NCBI GenBank assembly: GCA_963705705.1
Contig: CAVPKK010000005.1
Span: 128,001-192,000 of the forward strand
Source of the DNA: an uncultured bacterium
GTDB lineage: Bacteria > Babelota > Babeliae > Babelales > JABCYS01
Reading direction: 5' to 3'
Length of the DNA stretch: 64,000 nucleotides
A program made the position numbers and the translations under genes. Of the stretch, positions 42,896-53,180 are shown in pieces. Positions within the stretch are counted from its first letter, which is position 1, and each line of letters begins with the position of its first letter. The notes below the pieces were generated by a model. That model was not told the origin of the DNA and made no database searches. It was given only the letters and a program-made list of their open reading frames with translations.

Positions 42896-44320
42896 TTATT
42901 TTTTTGATTCTTGCATATTGGGTTTTGCTGCAGATTCAAGGCGCTTAATATCTCGACTAATATTATCTTTAATCGGATCGAGCAGTGTCTTTATGGTTGT
43001 TATATTATTGCGATATTTAATTGAGGCGTCACCATTAACATCGTTCAACAATTCTTGAGAAAGCCTTAATACATCAATGGTATATGGTTGCGATTTTATT
43101 AGGTCCAAAACGTTTTCAACCGCAGACGCAGTGTTTTGAAGTTTGTTCTGTGTCATTACCTTATGAAGTTCTATTAGCCGATCAATAACCACCTGTCTTT
43201 CTACCATTGGTACAGGCGCGGGTACACTGCTGACAGGGACTTTTTCTTCCTTTATCTCAATGCCGCCAGGAGCTCCGATTTTTCCAGGTTGAGGTTTTGT
43301 GTGGCGAATTTCTTCTTTCTCTTTTTTCTCTTCTTCAGGTTTAGGATGAATGCCACTTTCTTGGGGTTTTCTGGCTTCTGCTGAATACAAAATAACCATT
43401 GCCGAAATGTTATCGGTACTTCCCTTATTGTAAGCGTCGTCTCGAAGTGCACGCGCGGCAGTTTCTAGAATCGCATTGTCACCTTGTTCCAGTGGTTTGG
43501 CCTCCTCAGTAGGTTTGCGCTTTCCAGGTTCTTTAGGATATTCTTTGTTTACGTTTGGCAGAGTGATTTTCTTGGTCACAATGTCTGATACTAGCTTTGC
43601 TGCTTGCTCATTGCTGAGCACATCCCAAACGCCATCGCAGGCAAGTATTATCAAATCACCAGGCTGAATGGCTACCGTATGGGTTTCCGGCGTTGCGATT
43701 ACACCACCTTTACCCACTATTCTTTTTATCGCACTATCACCCAGGGCTCGCGAAACGGCTAATCCACCAATGCGAAAAGCGTTGCCAGATTTTATTGGAC
43801 GTAGCCCTATTTTTTGAAGTCGTAACAGCTCTTCTGGCGCATCCGGTTTGTGATCGATCGTGTGAAAAATTACCTTGCCATTGCGAACAATAAGCGCACG
43901 TGAATCGCCTACCCAAGCTATATAGGCTTGGTTGCGTGTATCAGTATTCGATTCTTGGCCAGTAAGATATACTGCCACAGCCACAGCTCCCGATGGTTCT
44001 GGGCTTTTCCTTAATATTTCTTGATCTGTTTGTTCAAATGCATCCACAAGATTTTGTTCTATCTTGGTTACATTTTTTAACTGTTTATTAAAAAAATGCT
44101 TATACAGATTATTGGCCGCGTATTTTGCCGCTTGATCACCGCCATGACCATCATAAAGAGCGAAAAAAGCATCATGAGTTCTCACCTGATGAGTATGCTC
44201 ATCTTCCATGGTTGGACGATCACCTTGTCGTGCAGCCAGGCCCCATTGAAATGGCTGAGCCTGAACTGATGCAAAAGTTAAAATTAGAATATTGAAAAAT
44301 AATATAGGTGCTTGCTTCAT
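42896..44320 (-). CDS. Secreted PP2C/PPM phosphatase with C-terminal extension
   Basis: Signal peptide (VQA), RPTMED, YDGHGG, VGDSRA, DHKP, LAVSRALGD, LACDGVWDV, GSTDNIS. Confidence 0.92.
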   Translation of the reverse strand: MKQAPILFFNILILTFASVQAQPFQWGLAARQGDRPTMEDEHTHQVRTHDAFFALYDGHGGDQAAKYAANNLYKHFFNKQLKNVTKIEQNLVDAFEQTDQEILRKSPEPSGAVAVAVYLTGQESNTDTRNQAYIAWVGDSRALIVRNGKVIFHTIDHKPDAPEELLRLQKIGLRPIKSGNAFRIGGLAVSRALGDSAIKRIVGKGGVIATPETHTVAIQPGDLIILACDGVWDVLSNEQAAKLVSDIVTKKITLPNVNKEYPKEPGKRKPTEEAKPLEQGDNAILETAARALRDDAYNKGSTDNISAMVILYSAEARKPQESGIHPKPEEEKKEKEEIRHTKPQPGKIGAPGGIEIKEEKVPVSSVPAPVPMVERQVVIDRLIELHKVMTQNKLQNTASAVENVLDLIKSQPYTIDVLRLSQELLNDVNGDASIKYRNNITTIKTLLDPIKDNISRDIKRLESAAKPNMQESKK

Positions 44321-44531
44321 TTAGGTTCCTTAAATAGTTATACGCCCCAGCCTACGGTGCATTGGTATATCTGCAACTGGATATGAATTTTCTGAAAGAA
44401 TGAATGTGTACTCTTCTTTAATATAGATGAGTTGCATTAGTCATATCAATAATAGACATCAGAAACCGATATTCACCGGTAAAGAAAAGCGAAACTATGC
44501 CGAGCGTTCGAAGAGCAATCCACCAATGCAG

Positions 44532-45236
44532 TTAATTGGAAAACTTTGCATCTAAAATTTGCTTATACGAATCAAAGTGTTCTTGGCTGAATACAACTAT
44601 ATATATCTTGGTAAGAGAACCAATAATCGCCAAATTGCATACGGTATCAACTGCTATTGTTGCTGCTTCAATAAGCGGATACCCAAAAATGCCACAGCTA
44701 ATCGCCGGAAATGCAATCGATGTCAGTTGAGATTGCTGAGCAAGCTGCAATGATTTCTTATAAGCATTCGCCAGAATTTGAGCTTGCTGTGCATCATTAG
44801 GTTTCCAAATTGGTCCAACGGTATGAATAACATATGGCGATTTAATGTTATAACCTTTGGTAATGACTGCATCTCCATGATCGCAACGAACATCAGTACC
44901 AGCCAACGGTTTATAGCTTAAGCATTCTTCTTCGAGTCGTGGCCCGGCTGCTTTATGAATAACACCACATAAGCCGCCCAGATGTCTCAAACTAGGGTTG
45001 GCTGGGTTTACTATGGCATCAACTGGCTGCTCTAGAATATCACCTTTTACAAGATGAACCGTCTGACATTCATTCAGTTTATAAATATTATCCATAGCAT
45101 GAATGTTGGCTTTTTTATCGACATTATCACGCGACGGGAGTGCAGCTAAGCCCTTTGGAAAATCCTGTGCTGATATCAACGGAAAACTCAAGATTAGGAA
45201 ACTAATAGTACGACATGTTGTTTTTAATGATTTCAT
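44532..45236 (-). CDS. Macrodomain (MacroD/YmdB-like ADP-ribose hydrolase) with signal-like N-terminus
   Basis: GDI, VDAIVNPAN, GGLCGVIHKAAG, VIHTVGP, FPAISCGIFGYP. Confidence 0.92.
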   Translation of the reverse strand: MKSLKTTCRTISFLILSFPLISAQDFPKGLAALPSRDNVDKKANIHAMDNIYKLNECQTVHLVKGDILEQPVDAIVNPANPSLRHLGGLCGVIHKAAGPRLEEECLSYKPLAGTDVRCDHGDAVITKGYNIKSPYVIHTVGPIWKPNDAQQAQILANAYKKSLQLAQQSQLTSIAFPAISCGIFGYPLIEAATIAVDTVCNLAIIGSLTKIYIVVFSQEHFDSYKQILDAKFSN

Positions 45237-45375
45237 TTTTATTTCCTCAAAAAATATTCGATATTGTTCATACTACAGGCAAAAATAAGCTCGGCAACGG
45301 CTAAATATTCCATATGTAACGTCAGCTTGGTATGGTGAAAACAAATATTGCTAAAAGACTCATTTGAGGTGTTGT

Positions 45376-45666
45376 ATGCCAATTAAAAAAAAGAAAAAAC
45401 TATGGGTGAGGCATGTAATGGAAACCTCAAATGCTCTTTCATTGCCTGAAGGTGTTTTTCAATGGTCGGCAAAGGATATTGCAAAAGGACTTAAAGAATC
45501 TGCCGAAGCCAGCACACGGCGCAAAGGTACGCCATTGCAATCAGCCATGTCGATGCTCAATTTCTACATTAATCGGGCAGGTAAAAACTTAAAACCCAAA
45601 GACAAACTGCGGCTCGAAAAAGCAAAAAATGAACTGCGCAAACTCTTTGGAAGAGAACCAAAATAA
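45376..45666 (+). CDS. DUF3175-like small basic protein
   Basis: SNALSLPEGVF, SAMSMLNFYINRAGKNL. Confidence 0.75.
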   Translation: MPIKKKKKLWVRHVMETSNALSLPEGVFQWSAKDIAKGLKESAEASTRRKGTPLQSAMSMLNFYINRAGKNLKPKDKLRLEKAKNELRKLFGREPK

Positions 45667-45683
45667 TTAGAAGGAAGACGGTT

Positions 45684-47057
45684 GTGGAGCGAGCTACTAT
45701 TATCTTATTAGGTGCTACCGGCGATCTGGCTCGACGAAAATTAATTCCGGCACTTATTGAACTTGCACGACTCACACAGCTAACCATCATTGGCGCAGCC
45801 GAAGATGAGATGAGCCGTGAGCAATTTCAACACTATGTGCGCCCTTCAAACATTACGGATGATCAATGGCATTCATTTGCGCAACATCTCTACTATCAGC
45901 AATTTAATGCGGCACAGAAACAAAGCTATGACGAACTTCTCGACTTTGCCAACAAATTTCCAGCCGAACATCGGATCGTATACTGCGCAATGCCGCCCGA
46001 GCTTTTTTGTACGATCACCGAACTGGTTGGCAAATCTGGTTTGGTGCAAAAGGGAAAACCTCATCAAGTAATCGTATATGAAAAACCATTCGGCCAAGAT
46101 CTCAAATCGGCTAAAACATTGAATGAATGCGTTGCTGATTGGTTCACGGAAGATCAGGTCTTCCGCATTGATCATTATCTTACTAAGGAGATGGTCGAAA
46201 ATATTACACTCGTGCGTTTTACCAATACAATTTTTGAACCAATTTGGAATGGCATCTACATAGATTCCGTGCATATTGTGTTGCATGAAGATGTTGGCCT
46301 TGAAGGCCGCGGCGCCTATTACGATACATATGGCGTGCTTAAAGATGTGGTGCAAAATCACATGCTGCAATTATTGGCGCTTGTCGCTATGGAAGAACCA
46401 GTTTCATTATCTGGCGATGCGGTACGTGATGCAAAAGTAAATTTGTTAAAAAGTGTCACAGTTAAAGATGGGTTGCTTGGCCAATACGAAGGTTATCGCA
46501 ATGAGGATCATGTCCATAAAGATTCTACAACGCCAACGTTTGCGTTGTTGGAGCTTGCAGTAAATAATGAACGTTGGCGTGGTGCTCGCTTCTTCTTATC
46601 AACCGGAAAAGCGTTAGATCATAAAGCAACATATATCCGCATAACATTTAGAACAGTAACCTGTAGCTTGGAACGAGTCCGCGATTGTCTTCCCAATGTG
46701 CTCACTATTAGTATTTATCCTGAAGGTGGTTATTCATTGGCTTTGAATGTAAAGGAGCCGCGCACGTCAACGTTCATCCGACCTGAGCCACCAGCGCATA
46801 TCAAACAAGTTGATATGCATTATCTACAGTTCGTTGAAAAGAAACCAGCGCCTGAATATCTTGTTATCTTTGAGGAAATTTTATCGCATCAAATATCTGT
46901 CGGCGTTCGCTTCGATGAGATTGAAGAGCAATGGCGAATCACCGACCAAATACTAGCAATGGATTTGCCACAATATACCTATACCCAAGGATCAACCGGG
47001 CCTCAAGAGGCAGAAACTTTTGCACAAAAAAAAGGAATTGCATGGTCACAACTATAG
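45684..47057 (+). CDS. zwf: Glucose-6-phosphate dehydrogenase
   Basis: GATGDLARRKL, EKPFG, RIDHYL, DVVQNH. Confidence 0.95.
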   Translation: MERATIILLGATGDLARRKLIPALIELARLTQLTIIGAAEDEMSREQFQHYVRPSNITDDQWHSFAQHLYYQQFNAAQKQSYDELLDFANKFPAEHRIVYCAMPPELFCTITELVGKSGLVQKGKPHQVIVYEKPFGQDLKSAKTLNECVADWFTEDQVFRIDHYLTKEMVENITLVRFTNTIFEPIWNGIYIDSVHIVLHEDVGLEGRGAYYDTYGVLKDVVQNHMLQLLALVAMEEPVSLSGDAVRDAKVNLLKSVTVKDGLLGQYEGYRNEDHVHKDSTTPTFALLELAVNNERWRGARFFLSTGKALDHKATYIRITFRTVTCSLERVRDCLPNVLTISIYPEGGYSLALNVKEPRTSTFIRPEPPAHIKQVDMHYLQFVEKKPAPEYLVIFEEILSHQISVGVRFDEIEEQWRITDQILAMDLPQYTYTQGSTGPQEAETFAQKKGIAWSQL

Positions 47058-47965
47058 GGCTTATAGGCGCTGGTAAAATGGGCATGCAGCTCGCACAGTA
47101 CTGGCGAAAAAAGGATTATACGGTTCTAGCGTATGACCCAAATGAAGAAGCGAAAACCCATCTTAAAGTGCTTAACTGTGCTGTTATGCCTACCATTCAT
47201 CAACTGGCTGATGCAGCTCCTGTAATTTGGCTTATGGTACCCCATGAAATAGTTGATCAGGTATTAGAAGAGATCACACCCCATGCGCAACCTGGCACTA
47301 TTATTATTGATGGTGGCAATAGTAATTTTAATGACTCCATGCGCCGCGCGAATCAGTTAAAAAAGTATGGTATCACATTCCTGGATTGCGGTGTTTCTGG
47401 CGGTATAGTTGCCGCAGATGGTTTTTCCTTGATGATTGGCGGAGACCGCGCTGCATATGATGCTACAAAACATTTTTTTGAAACGTTGGCAGCGCCGTTG
47501 AAAAAAGATGAGCATGGTTGTCCATTATTGGCTTATGCCTATATCGGACCATCAGGTGCCGGTCATTACACGAAAATGGTACACAATGGCATCGAATATG
47601 CCTTGATGGAAGTATATGGTGAAGGCTTTCAATTATTGCGTGAAGGAAAATTTAAAAACTTAGATTTGCAAGAAATAAGCAGAATTTGGCAAGCAGCGGT
47701 CATCAAATCTGAATTGTTAAATCTTGCGCATTACATATTTGCGAACGACCAGAGACTTACAAAAATTAGCGGCGAAGTCGGCGAAACCGGCATGGGGCAA
47801 TGGACAGTTGATGAAGCAAAAAAAGAACAGATTCCTGTCAAACTTATTGAAGATGCGGTCAACATTCGCGATCTTTCGCACAAAACAGGCGGGAATTTTG
47901 CTACCAAATTAGTTGCAATGCTACGCCATGAATTCGGCGGCCATTCGATAAAAAAAGTTGAATAA
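47042..47965 (+). CDS. gnd: 6-phosphogluconate dehydrogenase, short decarboxylating type
   Basis: IGLIGAGKMG, IDGGNS, GVSGG, KMVHNGIEY, LRHEFGGH; ATG 47042. Confidence 0.93.
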   Translation: MVTTIGLIGAGKMGMQLAQYWRKKDYTVLAYDPNEEAKTHLKVLNCAVMPTIHQLADAAPVIWLMVPHEIVDQVLEEITPHAQPGTIIIDGGNSNFNDSMRRANQLKKYGITFLDCGVSGGIVAADGFSLMIGGDRAAYDATKHFFETLAAPLKKDEHGCPLLAYAYIGPSGAGHYTKMVHNGIEYALMEVYGEGFQLLREGKFKNLDLQEISRIWQAAVIKSELLNLAHYIFANDQRLTKISGEVGETGMGQWTVDEAKKEQIPVKLIEDAVNIRDLSHKTGGNFATKLVAMLRHEFGGHSIKKVE

Positions 47966-48418
47966 CAATGTCATGCATTGGAAATAGTAGAATTAACAAA
48001 ATGCGCTAGTAATACAAAATTTTTAGTGTTGCATCATTGCTCTTGACTTAAGCTGTGTTGGTATAGTAGTCTCAGTCAATAAAAGTAAATGAATTGCAAA
48101 GGAAGTAGTAGTGAATTTTAAAAACGTACATATCGCCGAAAAGCACACATACATACGCACACAATTCCGATTTGCAGTTCCCTTTCAAAACAATTTTGTA
48201 ATATAGTTTCGCGACATTCTGAGCGTTGCTTACATCTTGCTTGTGCAGCGTCAAATGCGCAATAATATATTCTAGACGACAGTTTTGAATAACACTCTCA
48301 AAACAGGAGGAAACGGAGCGAAAAACACAATAAATTAGTGCAGACCAAGAATACCATCGGATAATATCCGACGAAGGTAGATCGAATATTCGTCCTAACC
48401 TATATAAAAAGGGTTCAC

Positions 48419-50338
48419 ATGAAAAGAGAACTATTACGTGGAATAGTAATTGCTCAGGCAATGCTTTTTGGCTTACAACAGCCTATTTTAGCAAGAGATT
48501 GCGAACGGCCTTGTTCTAGAAAAACAAAATGGGATTACATTATCGTCGGCGGTGGAACATCTGCTAGCCAACTTGCCAAAATTTTGACGGACGATTTTAA
48601 AACATCTGTTTTAATGATTGAAGCCGGTCCAAATTATGATGGTGACATTAGGGTTGAAAAACCAGCTCCATATGCGAATCAATTATCAGGAAAATATGAA
48701 ACTATTTATGATTACCAGCAGGTTTCAATTTATCAACAATTCGCAAACAACAATACCTACCCGTATATTAATGGTCGCATGCTTGGTGGTAGCAGCTCAC
48801 ACAATGGTCTGCAATATACCTGGCCAACAACCGCAGTAATGAATGAATGGGATGCAGCTGCTGGCAGTACCGGCTTATGGGGACCTGATAATACAATTAA
48901 TGGGACTGGGTCGGCGATGGTGGAACTTGAAAACTATAATGGCACCACTAATCCTGATGGCAATGTCCGCGGCAGAAATATGGGTCCATTCCATCCACAA
49001 GTGCGTCAGGCACCTGCAGATGTGCAACCACCAGTAAATGATGTTGTTGCTATTATTGACGGTTCAGCGGGCGCTAATTCTCTAGCTACTGCAGGCCAGC
49101 AACTTATGGATTACCCAAATGATTTTAATGATCCTGCGGAACCAATTGGTGTTTGCCCGCAATGGCAATTGTGGGAAAACTGGACTGATACTGCCCCTAC
49201 AGATACATTGCATGAGCGTCAATCAGCTTCGATCGTTTTTCTCGATCCAATAATAAACGCATCATCTGGCAAAGGCTTAAATGGTCGTAAATTACAGGTG
49301 CTAACAAATGCAACTGTTAATAAAATTTTATTTGATGGGCAAACTGCTTCCGGAGTTTCTTTCACTGATAACAAAGGTAATGGTCAAGAAGCATTTGCAA
49401 AACAAGAGATTATTGTTTCTGCAGGCGCATTTAGTTGTGAAGTGCTAATGCGATCTGGTATTGGTAATTATTCCCGTCCAGAATTATTTACCAATCCAGC
49501 ACAAGCACCGTGGGCATTATTAAGCGCGTCAAATATCCCGCAAGTGTTTGATAACCCAAATGTTGGCCAACATTTGCAGAATCACCCGTTAGTGACTGCT
49601 GCTGTTGTAACTACACCAACATCTGCAGAATTCCCAAATGGTGCGCCTCTCTTGCCGTTAGATGATCTTGATGCACTGTATGTCGTGGCGGCAAATTTCC
49701 CAGCAGTCCCAGGCGGTACCAACAGAAATATTGTCATAGACTTTTCAATAGGCGGCGGTTTACCTGCTGTTCCAGCAAATGCGAATAGAGCGTTGATACT
49801 TCCTATTCTACTCACTCCTGTCAGCGAAGGATCAGTAGTTATTAGAAGCCAAAACCTTAATACTACATCAATTGAAGATCCAAATTTATTTGGTGACACT
49901 CAAGGCACAGGTGATCCTAGCACTAGCCAGGATTTCAATATCCTATACAACTTTATGCAAGGTATTGGTTCGCCAAACGCAATTAGTGCAGCAAATGGCC
50001 CTATGTATAACATACTGCTTGCGCTGAAGAATCTAGGTTGGAATATTCTAACACCGCTAACGACTTTCCAATCCACAGATGCATTAACTGCTTATATTAA
50101 AGCATCGGTATTCCATGCCTTTCACTATGCCAGAACCTGCCAAATGGGTACGGCACCTTCTAACAGTGTAGTTGATTATCAAGGTCGCGTTTGGGGTGTA
50201 AACCGTCTGCGTGTACTTGATGTGTCGATTGCCCCTGTAATCCCAGATAGCAATACGGGCAGCGTAGCCTTTATGATTGCAAAAATTATGGGACCATTGA
50301 TTGCTTCAGGCGCTAGCTTGCCATTTACCACATACTAA
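48419..50338 (+). CDS. Secreted GMC-family oxidoreductase
   Basis: DYIIVGGG, IEAG, GRMLGGSSSHN, VGQHLQNH, HY..TCQMG, VVD..GRVWGV..LRVLDVS; signal-like N-terminus. Confidence 0.92.
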   Translation: MKRELLRGIVIAQAMLFGLQQPILARDCERPCSRKTKWDYIIVGGGTSASQLAKILTDDFKTSVLMIEAGPNYDGDIRVEKPAPYANQLSGKYETIYDYQQVSIYQQFANNNTYPYINGRMLGGSSSHNGLQYTWPTTAVMNEWDAAAGSTGLWGPDNTINGTGSAMVELENYNGTTNPDGNVRGRNMGPFHPQVRQAPADVQPPVNDVVAIIDGSAGANSLATAGQQLMDYPNDFNDPAEPIGVCPQWQLWENWTDTAPTDTLHERQSASIVFLDPIINASSGKGLNGRKLQVLTNATVNKILFDGQTASGVSFTDNKGNGQEAFAKQEIIVSAGAFSCEVLMRSGIGNYSRPELFTNPAQAPWALLSASNIPQVFDNPNVGQHLQNHPLVTAAVVTTPTSAEFPNGAPLLPLDDLDALYVVAANFPAVPGGTNRNIVIDFSIGGGLPAVPANANRALILPILLTPVSEGSVVIRSQNLNTTSIEDPNLFGDTQGTGDPSTSQDFNILYNFMQGIGSPNAISAANGPMYNILLALKNLGWNILTPLTTFQSTDALTAYIKASVFHAFHYARTCQMGTAPSNSVVDYQGRVWGVNRLRVLDVSIAPVIPDSNTGSVAFMIAKIMGPLIASGASLPFTTY

Positions 50339-50363
50339 ACAAAAGATCATTTCTTTGTTTAAT

Positions 50364-50395
50364 AAAAAAGGCCCGGAATTTCCGGGCCTTTTTTT
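50364..50395. terminator. Bidirectional intrinsic terminator
   Basis: A6-GGCCCGGA-ATT-TCCGGGCC-T7 between convergent genes. Confidence 0.9.
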
Positions 50396-50416
50396 GATCA
50401 CGATACGGTAAAAAAT

Positions 50417-51142
50417 TCATGCAAGGTTCGAAAACGGCGTGAGCAATCGTTTTATAAAGTGCGTTTTTGGATGGGCAACCAGTTCTTTATACGTGCCGCG
50501 TTGCTTAATTTCACCATCAATCATAACTGCAACTGATGCGCCAAAAAATTCTGCATCCTCATATTGATGTGTAACCAAAATGATTGGTATATCCAAAGTA
50601 TCGAACAGTTTTTTCATATCGCGAGCCACATCGAATTTGGTAACCTGATCAATATTAGACAATGGTTCATCAAGCAAAAAAAGATCTGGTTTGACTGCCA
50701 AGGCCCGCGCAAGTGCTACCAGCTGCTGCTGCCCGCCAGACAATTCTAATACCGATTTGTGACCATATCCTTTCAATTCAATCATTTCAAGCAATTCGCC
50801 AACAATTTTTTTCTGTGTTTTTGTCTCGACATTTGTTAGCTGTAATCCATATGCAATATTCTCCGCAACGTTAAGATGCGGAAATAAACCATAGTTTTGA
50901 GCCACGTAACCTATTTTGCGTTGTTCGATAGGAAGCTTAGTTATCTCATGGTCATGCAAAAAGATTGAACCATGAGTTGGGTGAACAATACCCAATATTG
51001 TTTTGAGTAAGGTTGATTTCCCAGCGCCAGATACCCCCATCAATACGAGAAGTTCTTTTGGCATTACCTTTAAATCGAAATGTTTGAGCACTGCTACTTT
51101 GTCGTAACCAGCAGTTATATTCCTAAGTAAAAGCCCTTCCAT
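50417..51142 (-). CDS. ABC ATPase, ModC/CysA/PotA-like
   Basis: GVSGAGKST, LFPHLNV, LSGGQQQ, LLDEP, VTH. Confidence 0.88.
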   Translation of the reverse strand: MEGLLLRNITAGYDKVAVLKHFDLKVMPKELLVLMGVSGAGKSTLLKTILGIVHPTHGSIFLHDHEITKLPIEQRKIGYVAQNYGLFPHLNVAENIAYGLQLTNVETKTQKKIVGELLEMIELKGYGHKSVLELSGGQQQLVALARALAVKPDLFLLDEPLSNIDQVTKFDVARDMKKLFDTLDIPIILVTHQYEDAEFFGASVAVMIDGEIKQRGTYKELVAHPKTHFIKRLLTPFSNLA

Positions 51143-51921
51143 GGCTTCCTTCCATGTGTAAATCGTTTAAAGATTAAGAGGGCAATCAGTGAAGCAGTTG
51201 TCACTAAAATTGTTGCGGCCAGTGCTGGAGCAGTTTCTTTTGAATGGGTGGCAATATAAGTCGAAATATCTTCCGTTTTATAGGGAATGATGCCGGCAAA
51301 TATTAATCCACCACCAAGTTCGCCCATAGCTCGTGCCCAACATAGTGAAGTGGCCGAAGCAATATCTTTTGCGGCTAGCGGCAAAAACAGCGTTAATAGT
51401 AGTTGTATTTCATTTGCGCCAAGTGTACGTGCAATAAGATCTAAACCCGATTCCTGAATCTCTCTAAATTTGCGCACTGAAAAGGCAATAATAAAAGGAG
51501 CCGATACAAATAACTTTGCAAAGATAAGTGCTGTATAGGTATAGGCAATATTTATATTAAACGGTGAGTTGGGTCCGAGCATAAGAAGTAAGATGATGCC
51601 CTCAGCAACGGGAGGAAAAGTTTGTGGAACATCAACAATTAATGTTTCAAGAAATTCTTTTCCCTTAAAATTTTTCATAGCAAAAATATATGCCAGCGGC
51701 ACACCAAAAATAATGGAAATTAATACCGTAATACATGAGGATGATATGCTCAGCCAAGCGGCTGCTAAAATTTCGGGATTTACAAAGGAACGTAATACTT
51801 CATGACTATGTCCTAAGATTGCAATGTATTGGTAAAAGAAAATGAAGATTGACCAGCCAAGCAAGGTAAAGCCTAATGCATATAAGAGAAGCATTAATAA
51901 TAATTGTATTGCAATCCTCAT
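51115..51921 (-). CDS. ABC permease, ModB/WtpB-like
   Basis: GVPLAY, P..FPPV..G, ARTLGA (EAA loop), WARAMGELG. Confidence 0.8.
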   Translation of the reverse strand: MRIAIQLLLMLLLYALGFTLLGWSIFIFFYQYIAILGHSHEVLRSFVNPEILAAAWLSISSSCITVLISIIFGVPLAYIFAMKNFKGKEFLETLIVDVPQTFPPVAEGIILLLMLGPNSPFNINIAYTYTALIFAKLFVSAPFIIAFSVRKFREIQESGLDLIARTLGANEIQLLLTLFLPLAAKDIASATSLCWARAMGELGGGLIFAGIIPYKTEDISTYIATHSKETAPALAATILVTTASLIALLIFKRFTHGRKPWKGFYLGI

Positions 51922-53024
51922 CTCAAACTCTTTTGTCTATGGTTTGGCAAGCCGCCGGTGAATAATAATAGAAAATGTGCTCCGCCATATAATGAAACAT
52001 TATAATCAGCCACCACCGTTACAGGTATACTTTCGAGAAGAGAATGTTGTTTTCTGCAATTGAGAAATTCTTTTTTAAATTCTGGCAGTTGAAATAATGG
52101 AATATTTTTTGCTGCTATGCCGCCGGCGATAAACAGACCACCGAGCGCCAATGCATCCAGGGCAAAGTTCTTTGATGCGCGTGCGTAATAAACTGAATAT
52201 TGATGAAAAGTATCTATACAACGTTGATCTTTTTGCCAATATTCAAAAATGACATCCGGGTTATTTGCTTGTTCAATTTTATCCGTGTCAGCACTATTGG
52301 GATACGTCTTTCTTGTGGCGAGAAATTTGTACAAATAAATAATGCCAGCCCCCGAGAGCACGTCTTCCCATGAAATGGCTGCATCAGGCATTTTTAATAA
52401 CGTTCGAATGAAATCTGCATATGCCAGATCGAATTCATTTTGCACCGCGAAATCGCCATGCCCTCCTTCAGACGAAAGTATCAGACGACTGCTATGTTCT
52501 GTGTGGTATGCCATGATGCATTTCCCAAGGCCGGTACCCGCGCCAATGGCTGCTTTGCTTGCATTGTTTCGTGGTTGACCAGGCAAAATAGTAACCAGGC
52601 TTTTGGGTGGCATATATTGAATTCCAAAGCCTACCGCCTGAAAATCATTGATCATTACCATTGATTCTATGCCAGTTTTCTTTTTAATATCTGCAAGATC
52701 AATAATAAAATCGAGATTGGTTGGCTTGGCCCGGATATGATGAGTATCTAATACACCTGCTGCACCAAAACAAGCGCGAACTATTGTAATTCGATAGGCT
52801 ACTCGAAGCTGATCTACAAGTTGCGCGACTGTTTCGGCAAAATCCGTAATATCTTTGCTTGCAACATGCAGTGATAATAATAAAACCGGTGGGTAGGCAT
52901 CATCACGAAAAATGCCAAAATTTGCATTTGTTCCGCCAATATCGCCTATTAAATAGCAACGGCTATTCGGGCTAAAGGTATGGTAACGAACTTCGCGGAC
53001 GGTCATCTGCATTGTCTCATCCAT
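51918..53024 (-). CDS. glk: Glucokinase (E. coli Glk type)
   Basis: GDIGGTNA, INDFQA, GAGTGLG, SEGGH, AGGI. Confidence 0.9.
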   Translation of the reverse strand: MDETMQMTVREVRYHTFSPNSRCYLIGDIGGTNANFGIFRDDAYPPVLLLSLHVASKDITDFAETVAQLVDQLRVAYRITIVRACFGAAGVLDTHHIRAKPTNLDFIIDLADIKKKTGIESMVMINDFQAVGFGIQYMPPKSLVTILPGQPRNNASKAAIGAGTGLGKCIMAYHTEHSSRLILSSEGGHGDFAVQNEFDLAYADFIRTLLKMPDAAISWEDVLSGAGIIYLYKFLATRKTYPNSADTDKIEQANNPDVIFEYWQKDQRCIDTFHQYSVYYARASKNFALDALALGGLFIAGGIAAKNIPLFQLPEFKKEFLNCRKQHSLLESIPVTVVADYNVSLYGGAHFLLLFTGGLPNHRQKSLR

Positions 53025-53180
53025 AAAATTGTTAATCAGATATCAGGCATTGTTGCAATTCCAGATTGCCAATGCAAGAGCGTGCAAGTAATAACTTTTT
53101 TAATTAAAAGAGTCCAAACTATTGTGTTCCCAGATTCAAAAAAGCCATGCTCATGGATAAGTATAAAAAAAGGCTGACGC

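Noticed and set aside
42583..42948. 121-aa ORF containing LILSL and PEFIEG peptides
   Set aside because: It is the composite repeat plus tRNA-Leu read through by chance; the ORF at 13963-14166 likewise begins inside a repeat.
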